Shown one piece after another: positions 54,811 to 64,000 of a stretch of 64,000 nt of DNA. The notes under the pieces were generated by a model that was given only the letters and a program-made list of their open reading frames with translations, ran no database searches and had not been told where the DNA came from. This DNA is from Octopus vulgaris. Its lineage: Eukaryota. The DNA lies in NCBI GenBank assembly GCA_951406725.2, contig OX597823.1:72292001-72356000 (forward strand). The letters run 5' to 3'. A program made the translations under genes and the position numbers. The first letter of the stretch is position 1, and every line of letters starts with the position of its first letter.

Positions 54811-55150
54811 GAAGGCGCATGGCTCAGTGGTTAGAGAGTCGAGCTTACGATCGTGAGGTTGTAAGTTCAATTCCTGGACCGGGCTGTGTTTTTTTTCTTG
54901 AGCAAGACACTTTATTTCACGTTGCTCCAGTTAACTCAGCTGTAGAAATAAATTGTGATGTCACTGGTACCAAGCTGTATCAGCCTTTGCCTTTCTCTTG
55001 GATAACATCAGTGGTGTGGAGAGGAGAGGAGAGGCTGGTATGCATGGGCGACTGGTGGCCTTCCATAAACAATCTTGCCCAGACTTGTGCCTGAGAGGGT
55101 AATTTTCTAGGTGCAATCCAATGGTCATTCATGACCGAAGGGGGTTTCTC
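54811..55150 (+). mobile_element. tRNA-derived SINE
   Basis: A-box TGGCTCAGTGG, B-box GTTCAATTCC, and CTTGAGCAAGACACTT; the head is shared with 62490-62739. Confidence 0.85.
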
Positions 55151-56807
55151 CACCGAATGAAATCTCTGCCTTTCAAAACGGAATCTGCATTATTTAAAAA
55201 TGCCATAAATGTTTTTATGTCGATATATCGACCTACACATGTATGGATGTACTGGGTATACACAAAATATTTTAAGTTGGTTTTGAGGAAAATAAAGATA
55301 TGATAAACTGGCAGTTTGAAATAATTTAGAACGGATATCATTTGGATAAGAACGTAGTACGTATAATCGATAGAGTTATGTATATCCCAGTAGTCACTTA
55401 TATAATAAATAACTAATATTTCAGACATTGCGTTAGACTTAGAGATCGAAAGTCATCCTTTACTACTAACGATGTGTGCTTTTATGAGTCATATCATAGT
55501 TATAGTGCATGTAAGAAGCAAAGTTTAAGTTGTACGAGCTCATGGAGCAAAAAGGGCGCACCCAAAAGTATACAGGGAAAATATTTTTGGCTGTGTCTAG
55601 GATGTACACTTCAATAATATTAGTAAAAAAAAACTTTAGATCAAAACTAATTTGACAGAGACGAACTATTGATTTAGAAAGATGATTATTTTTGGAAGGT
55701 CTTATTGTTGCTCCAAGTGGCTAAAGTACCGTGACCGTTGACAACTGTTTGAGTAAATGGAGTGCCCTCTGTTATAGAAGGGCTTCCTTTTCATGCTGCT
55801 TTTTAAATCCATAGCAAATTGGTAGCAGTTCTTTTTAAGAAGGACTAAAACCAAAACGCAATGCAGAAGCATTTGCAAAGTAGATGAGACCCATAGCACG
55901 AATCCAATGGTTCCAGTGGGAACGGAATGTCGTGTGCTTATTGCTAGGACCACCATACTATTTCTCTCGGTTCGTACTTAAAGGAAAAACCCGGGTAAAT
56001 ATTAACAAGCTCTTAAGAGAATTATAGGACTAATCGTCAAGGATAAGTAATGTATGGGAACAGATCATCAGTATAAGGCACATCTCCACCACCAAATAAT
56101 AAAAGAACATATTCGCTGTGTTGACATTTGCTCTTGTATGGTAAGATAGTTGCTTGTATAAAAGGAGGAGAGAGCGAGCTACGATGTCAAGCAGATATTG
56201 ATCAGTAGTGATGGATAAGGTGATAGAACTGGAAGTTGTCAAAATTGCTTTTAGGTGAAGGGAGTGGAGAAAGTGAAAGATTCTCGTGTTCCAATATGAC
56301 AAAAGCAAACCGTAGAATCCTATCGAAATTCTTCAGTTTTTTTACATCAAAAATTATTTTACGACAAATGTTTCACGCTGGAAAGATATTTATCATTTGA
56401 GCATCTGACATTGATGTTAATAATACTGAGTGGAACTAGGTGCAATATTCTAGTTTAACTAAGCTATTATTGAAACTATAACAGCGTTTTGTGTTATAAA
56501 TTTATTTTGATATCATTGTAAATTATCTTTGAAAGGCGTTTCGGTAACATTATCTGAATATTTTACCCTTTTTCGGTTTATGCTAACATTTTTATTAAAT
56601 CCGCAAAAGATGATGAAATTTGTTTAAGGAATTTTTTTCTCTATTAGTATGATAATATTCAAGAACAATATTCGTATGCCAGTATTGACTATACAAGCAT
56701 ACAGATATACACACACACGCACATATATATGATTATGTGTGTACATGTATGTATATCTATCTATCTATCTATCTGTATATATATATATGTATACATCTCT
56801 CTCTCTC

Positions 56808-56868
<61 letters not shown>

Positions 56869-57475
56869 CGGTGTGTATCGATGTCTGTGTGAATGTATTT
56901 TGTACAGTGAATATCAACTAAATTCTTAGACAAATATGTTTAGCTGTTTAATTTTCTTTAGTTTTGATAAATTTCTAAACCATTTCATCAACTTGTTCGA
57001 ATATTATCTCTGTGTTATTCAAAGAAGAAATGGTGAGTTTAATTTAAAAAAAAAGTTTTTACTTTAAATATTATCGTTATTTAAATTCAACTAACGCCTT
57101 TATTAACGTGAGCAAATATGTAAAGATACGAAAGAATTGTTCATTATAAAACAATTAGTTGCGGCAGAAGCAATAGAAATATTTATCCTCACTCAAAATT
57201 GGATATTGTATTAGAACACTGAATAATATGATAGTTACCATGAGAGAACTTCTCTTATGGCCTTTTGGTGCGTATAAGCACTGTTATATACATCACTAGT
57301 GGAGGTAAATCACCGCTTTCAGCGGCATCGAGACAACCAGATCATGTGATTTTGGTCTTCCCTATACTTGTCCATGGTAGAGACTCGAATGCTGGAGATA
57401 GCAGCGATATCTCACCTAGAGGTACACATAGAATCACAGTGATTAAACGGGCATTAATGTCGCGAAAAGTCAGTG

Positions 57476-58068
57476 GGCTTACTAAAAATTAATTGTTCAA
57501 CATATTTCTGAAGTTCTTGAACAAAGGAATATTTTTAAAATGTTAATTTTTGCCTTCAAAATTTCTTACTTTCTTATAATATATTGTAAGAGGAACGACA
57601 GTAATACATTTTTATAAGGCACAATAGTAACTTAACGGATGTAAGTAAGTATATTAGGTTATATATTCTTTTAAACTTTAAGCACAAAGTCCGAAATTTT
57701 GGGGGAGCCGATTAGATCCATCCCAGTACGCAATTTATCGACCCCGAAAGGATGAAAGGCAAAGTCGACCCCGGCGGTATTTGGACTCAGAACATAAAAA
57801 CAGACGAAATGAGGTTAGGCATTTCGCCCGGTGTGCTAACGTTTCTGCCAGCTCACCGCCTTTTAGGTTATATATTATATCCCTCACAAAGGAATATAAA
57901 TCAGGCAAATCTTCACAATACGGAGAAAATTATTAAAGACTGTAAAATAAGAAGTGCTCTTTCACTTCTTTCTAGTAAACCGTTCAAGTTAAGCAGCCAA
58001 ATGCACTTGGATCTTCCAATGCAGGGTTCTGTTGAACAATATGTTGAACAATTAATTTTTAGTAAGCC
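57476..58068. mobile_element. Putative MITE with perfect 31 bp TIRs, containing a nested SINE (57680-57861, minus)
   Basis: GGCTTACTAAAAATTAATTGTTCAACATATT at 57476-57506 and its exact reverse complement at 58038-58068. Confidence 0.65.
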
Positions 58069-58130
58069 TAGGGAACCATAATTGTGAAACGCACGTAGGA
58101 ACTAATAATATAGATTTGTGTTCATTGTAA

Positions 58131-58167
<37 letters not shown>

Positions 58168-58169
<2 letters not shown>

Positions 58170-58368
58170 GGAGTAAACACATAAATGTGAAACAAGGTGG
58201 AAAAAAGAGTACTCAAATACCAGTGGTAGAGTAATATGCTTTATTTTAAGCAGCAGAAAATTCAACAAAATCTGTTACTCTGAGTTTCTCGTTGCCGTTC
58301 ATATGATGAACGGCAACGAGAAACTCAGAGTAACAGATTTTGTTGAATTTTCTGGTGCTTAAAATAAA

Positions 58369-58370
<2 letters not shown>
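58168..58370 (-). mobile_element. Mini fold-back element in (TA)n, folded at a hammerhead core
   Basis: ~64 bp arms at 58239-58302 and 58306-58369. TGATGA-aCG gcaa CGa-GAAA-CTCAGAG-TA-ACAGA lies at the apex, with a one-sided tail at 58168-58238. Confidence 0.85.
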
Positions 58371-58408
<38 letters not shown>

Positions 58409-58429
58409 GTATATATATATATATAAACG

Positions 58430-58462
<33 letters not shown>

Positions 58463-60408
58463 GTATATATATATATGTATGTATATATATATATACATAT
58501 ATGTACATAAATATATATATATACATAAAAACACACACACCTCTCACATACACACATATATATATATGTATGAATATATTTATATGTATGTATTCATATC
58601 TGTTTGGGTATGTATATAGTCGTCTGATAAGATCAACTGAAACGGATCTGTAATACTGTATATAGTGGTATGTATATATGTATGCATATAGACATATCTA
58701 CAAAACATACATATATACATACAGGCACACTTACATACATACACACACACTATTTACTATAGTATTTCTAATGCACACAACAGTAACGAAATTAACAAAG
58801 AATGACAAGCACCAAATCCAGTCCAAGCAGAACTAAATGAAGATGATTGTGATTGCTCATAAATTGTCATTATAGAATGGGAAAAAATGGCAGAGACGTA
58901 TTTCATATAAATTGGAGATATGCCAAAGTTATCGGACGGAAGAAGTAGATACATAATGAAGCAAAAGAAGAAAATTCAAAGCAGACAAATATAGAATTAA
59001 TAGGAGAAATGTATTAAAAAAAAGATATATACAGAAACTGTGCTATATAATATGCACACCAGGCTATAATTCTAGAAGATATGCCAAGGTAAATCTTCTT
59101 CACCAGGAAAAAAAAATATGTGGAACAGAAATCTCCTGGAGAAAACTAACTCTAAAGCGTATTAGATAAGGAGAAATTATATAGAGAAAATATATTATGA
59201 ATGTAAATATAAAATTTTTTGCGAAAGAAATTGCTATATGAAATATGCAGTTTATGTAATGCTATTTAATAACATATTACGCTGGTTTTAGGAAAAAGAA
59301 TGAAAACGAAAACAAAACAATGAAGAATAAATATTTCGAGAAAAAAAAATACGGTGAATCGAGTGATAAACGAATGAAAATAAAGAATTCTTTACAGAAA
59401 AAAGACAAATAAGGCAGTTGTAGAATACTGCAGAAAATGTATAAAAAAAAGCAACGGCTTAAACTATTATTACTCAAACAAATCCAAAGAAAATGAAATC
59501 ATGTGCTAAAATTAATGGATAACTATTATGTGAGACGATACAATGCAGGCTGTAGCAAATATTGTATATGAATATGCAATGGATGCAAAGATAAATATTA
59601 TGGTCAGATTACATAATAGGATACACAAAATGTATTGTTACCGATTATGCATTATAAATCAGTACAAGTATAGACAAATGAAATTTAGTTGTGATAACTC
59701 CTGAAATAGAATCCTAAAAATGATAAAAATGACATAACATAAGTGATATCCGTATCTAGTACCCATATATAATACCCAGCATTTTAACTAAATAATGAAT
59801 AAGGCAACCTGAAATACAAAAATTTAATAACCACCCATGAGATGTGACAAATCAAATTTTGAAAAACTCAAATATCTGCTATCAGGGAAACTACGAGGAT
59901 GCTCAATTCGCTAGAATTAGCCGTCAGATCTTTCTGAATGCACGCCCTACCATGTTAGTAAAAAAATGACATATCTGACAATATGAAATGCATAAAAAAT
60001 ACATAAATAAAAATATAGTAATGGAAGGACCAACTTTGATGATACTGATGCATGATTAATACTGATTGACTAAGCAACAACAACAACAACAGCAATTATC
60101 AACATTGAATATCAAACACGAAAACATGATATACCAATGTGCAAAATTCATGAATAGAAAGGGACAACTTGTATATCATGAAGATCGACATGTAAGAGGA
60201 TTTTGGATCATACATATACGTAATTATTGTTGTTATTCATTTTACTAATGATAATAATTAATAATAATATCTTTATAAATATTTTCGAATATTTATTCAT
60301 ATAGTAATTTTATACACTGACACCGCTTTTGAATTTAGCGCCAGCTTTTTAATGGTTACCAAGCATAGCGAAATGAGCAAAATTTTTAATACTAGGTATA
60401 CAGTGAGA

Positions 60409-60466
60409 CCTGCTGATGAGAATTAAGGGATGTAAACCCTAAAAATTTGAAATCAGCTGATCCAGG
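60409..60466 (+). ncRNA. Type I hammerhead ribozyme with intact canonical core
   Basis: CCTG-CTGATGA-GAATT..AGGG atgtaaa CCCT..AATTT-GAAA-TCAGCTGA-TC-CAGG, with an AUC site and palindromic stem III. Confidence 0.88.
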
Positions 60467-61265
60467 AATATTTTACCACCTCATTCTACGGCTTTCCGCC
60501 GAGATGGTAGGTTAATTTCTTTGTTCGTAGGCCGATTTCTTTTGTGCTTCTTGCGTTTCCGGGGATTGGTGTTTTTTTAGAGCATTTGTCGACTCTGATT
60601 TTCAAAGCAATGCTGGCATCAAGTATGCCCTGTAATAATTATAAATTAATGATAAAATTTTGGATTTGCCATTTATCCGCATCTTGCATGTTGGCCACTT
60701 ATTTGCTGTTATTATTAATTTTCCTAATGATAATGATTAAAAATAATATCTATATAAACATTCTTGGATATTTTAATTTGGTATATATATGTATTAATTT
60801 AGTATATATTGGGTGAATATATATGTGTACAGTTAAGAAATATTTTCCCCACTTAGGTGCTAATGGTCCGATAACACTACGTGCTACTCTTGGCATTTAT
60901 CTTTTACACAGGTCCGAGTACTGAATGTTTAATTCAGTAGAGAGTAGTGTGTGTAGTCCTGTCATATACATTTACAAAAAACACATATATGGATATGCAC
61001 GTTTTGCTCCGGCTATTACACACTCATAATTATATATTTATGTACACACACTGATACACGCTGACGTAGACACACGCGCACAAGTATATGCAAGGAAAGC
61101 AATCAGAGATGAGTAACGATTATCTTATAACCATTAACTTACATCTGTTTCCACTATAATGTATGATCTCATAGTTGATTGCCTGAGCAAGAACCTTCTG
61201 TTTCATCAGCGCTTCAAATATGAAATGCAATTTACTTTGAAAAGCAAACATAAGAAAGCATTATG

Positions 61266-61296
<31 letters not shown>

Positions 61297-61869
61297 GCGC
61301 GTGTGTATATATGTACTATGTATGTATATGTGTGCATGTGTGTGTGTATTTATATATATGTACGTGTATATGTATGTTTAAATATTTTTTCGATTTAGAT
61401 CAACAAATGAGACGAGAAGAAAAATAGACTAACATTATTTGTACTTTGAACGATATTCTTTGTGACTTTTATTCCACAAGGAGCTACGTACACTCTCTTG
61501 TTACATTCATGGCTAGAAATCCACGAAACCAGTTAATGTATTGATAGAAACCATGATAAAGGAGGCGACATTTTACCATTGGCAATAATATTTAAAGAAA
61601 TAAAGATAGCAATGAATTCCTAGGGTGTTCACCTCCAAATTACTATCGATTTACAATTTACAAGATACATTTCTTCGTATCACAGTTGCTTATCCTCTAA
61701 TTACATTCCTCAATTAATGAATGTGTGGACGAATTTACGAAAGGAACAGGCTATTTGCTCAACGTGGATGACTAAATGCTTTAACGCATTTCACAAATTA
61801 TGAGGAGCCATAATAGCTCTGAAAGTCACATGCGGTTAGTTTAGAGTTGTAAAATGTTTTATGGCCACC

Positions 61870-62350
61870 TTTATATACATGTATAACAATTTGCGGGAAT
61901 ACATGACCACAAATAGTTACATATGTATCCCCTGGAAGACAACGCTCTGCATCTACAACGCATCGGTCCTTTCTGCTTTTCTCTTCGTGGAATCTCACGA
62001 AGACCCTGGCAAGAGGATCAACAGCTTCGATAGCAGAGTCCTAAGAACCATTGAGAACATTAGATGATACTATTACGTTTCCAATGAAGAACTGAGTCCA
62101 GATCATCCTACCAAGGCCTTACTCTCATTCGACGCAGCAGTGGTGGTCTTGAAGAAGCCCTGAAGCAGGTCCCGCTCTAGTTAACTGGACGTGATTAAGG
62201 GTCACCTCCAAATGCTTGACATCATGGAGGATGCAGACAGGCTGACACAAGACCACCAGCGATGGGGAGTACTGGTGGGCTTGGTTGTCTCTATTTACGA
62301 TGACACTTCTGGGACCACTAATGTGGGACGACCACAGCCCCATCAATCAA
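61870..62350 (+). mobile_element. RTE-like LINE 3' fragment
   Basis: IYNASVLS.FL, RINSFDSRVLRTIENIR*..YVSNEEL. Confidence 0.65.
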
Positions 62351-62489
62351 GAGCATGAAGCGAACTATTTTCGGGGTACCAAAACCTGAACAAATACTTG
62401 CTTAGGTTTTCGAGAGTTAAACGATTTTCCCAATCCACTATCCTTAATAGTAATAACAACAATAATTATGATGATAATAAAAAAAAAAT

Positions 62490-62739
62490 AAATGCGCCCT
62501 TTTAAACCCTAGCCTGGCTCATGGGCCTAGTTTCTCGGTTTTTATGGCGTATGTGTTCCCCAGCTGGATGGGACGCCAGTCCATCGCAGCGTTACTCATT
62601 TTTGCCAGCTGAGTGGGCTGGAGCAACGTGAAATGAAGTGTTTTGCTCAAGAACACAATGTATCGCCCGGTCCAGGAATCGAAACCCCAATCTTACGATC
62701 ATGATGCTGACACCCTAACTACTAAGCCACGCGCCTCCA
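62490..62739 (-). mobile_element. tRNA-derived SINE with V-domain-like segment
   Basis: Reverse complement GGAGGCGCGTGGCTTAGTAG...TTCGATTCC...CTGCGATGGACTGGCGTCCCATCCAG. Confidence 0.8.
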
Positions 62740-63439
62740 CTGATGATAATAATAATAATGATAATAATTGTAACAACAACAACAATAACAAAAACAGCAT
62801 CAATGAAGAGAAAAATATAAAATATACGTAAAAAACTTTCTTCACTCAGTAAAACAAAAAAATATTAGGAACAGATGAGAGATAAAGAAAATGCAAAAAA
62901 AAAAAAGAAATGAAAAAAAGTATAAGTGAAGTCGTGCTTTATTAGATACTTTAAATACAAGAAACGCTTCCATGAGACTACATTATCTGAAACTGATGCC
63001 GTAACATTCCACTGAGAAATACGCAGAGAAGCATAATTCTTGATAGCAACCAAAACCAAGAGGAATCAAGTGTAATCGAAGAATCTATACAAGGTAAGGC
63101 TTCAACACAACTAAACGCCACATCAGAAGAATACAATAATAGCACCGTAGTCATGTTCTATGATATTCAGCGAAAAGAATCTATCAGTGCAATAAAATCT
63201 GCTAACAATTACGAAGCTGTTAGTATTGATAAATTCACGATTTCTGACAAAGAGCACAATTGTTCTGAAGCTTTGGCAACAGCATCCGATAAATTGCTGA
63301 ACGACTCGGAAGGAATATCTGGCTGTTTAGAGGAAAAGACAATATTGATTCCCACAAATAACCAGCTACAGATCTATGAAACAGCATCTATAGATCTATA
63401 ATGTTTTGTAAAGAATATAAAACCATTGTGTAAAATACT

Positions 63440-63900
63440 CTAAAAGGCTGAGGATCTGAAATGGGAAGAAAATGGTACGAGCATCAACCAGAAAAGGTAA
63501 TAGAGAACAACCAGTATAAGGTTTTATGAGATTTTAATATACAGACTGATTGCGAAATTAATGCCAGAAGAACCAAATAATTATGGATTTTGACAAGGGG
63601 AAAAGTGCATTACCACAGATATGGTTATATTTGTGGATATGAATGTAGCAGTCAAAGAGGAAGCGAAAATAAGAAAATACTAAGATTTGGCTAGAGAACT
63701 ACAACGACGACGACGACGACTATGGGGGGTTTCTACAATAGTAATCGCAGTTCTTATAGGTACCCTTGATACTGTCGCTAACAGACTTAACAGTTCCCTT
63801 ATTGAGGTTGGTGCAAGTATCAGTGTTGCATAATTCGGAAATCTGCGAAACTTGGAGCGACACTGTGGCACACATTGTAGCAGAATGACCCAAGATAACA
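63440..63900 (+). mobile_element. Decayed R4/Dong-like RLE fragment
   Basis: KWYEHQPEKVIEN..KVL*DFNIQTD.EINARR, KEEAKIRKY*DLAREL and IAVLIGTL. Confidence 0.8.
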
Positions 63901-64000
63901 CAAGAGGAATATAAAAAACAACGAATATAAAAACACTGGAAAACTGTGACAGAAATTGGGATTTGAAGCTGGAAACACATGGCACAATCATCGAGTCGAA

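Noticed and set aside
54811-54885. tRNA gene
   Set aside because: It continues into a SINE body shared with 62490-62739 and has no proper acceptor stem.
55700-56310. Possible Gypsy RT relic on the minus strand (GDVPYTDDL)
   Set aside because: Only one weak motif, with no convincing flanking RT motifs by eye.

Overview
AT-rich, extremely microsatellite-dense animal DNA, intergenic or intronic. The SINE families and repeat style suggest an octopus or other coleoid cephalopod (inference, not database-checked). No intact host gene is evident, and most listed ORFs are microsatellite translations. The window is a mosaic of decayed mobile elements: R4/Dong-like restriction-like-endonuclease (RLE) non-LTR retrotransposons stacked in (TAA)n and (TACA)n tracts, Penelope-like elements (PLEs), RTE-like LINE fragments, a mariner, MITEs, Helitron/Helentron-like elements, several tRNA-SINE families, a Gypsy integrase scrap and a 5S rRNA fragment. 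The most striking signal is about 12 type I hammerhead ribozyme (HHR) motifs from several families, some with variant cores including a compensatory U3-A8. Many sit in fold-back elements built as inverted arm + direct arm + one-sided tail, ranging from about 100 bp to 2 kb. One of these (47102-47705) joins a tRNA-like head, a microsatellite and an HHR-bearing PLE-type terminal repeat, which makes it a candidate PLE-mobilised, ribozyme-carrying SINE. All alignments and folds were done by eye, so boundaries are approximate.
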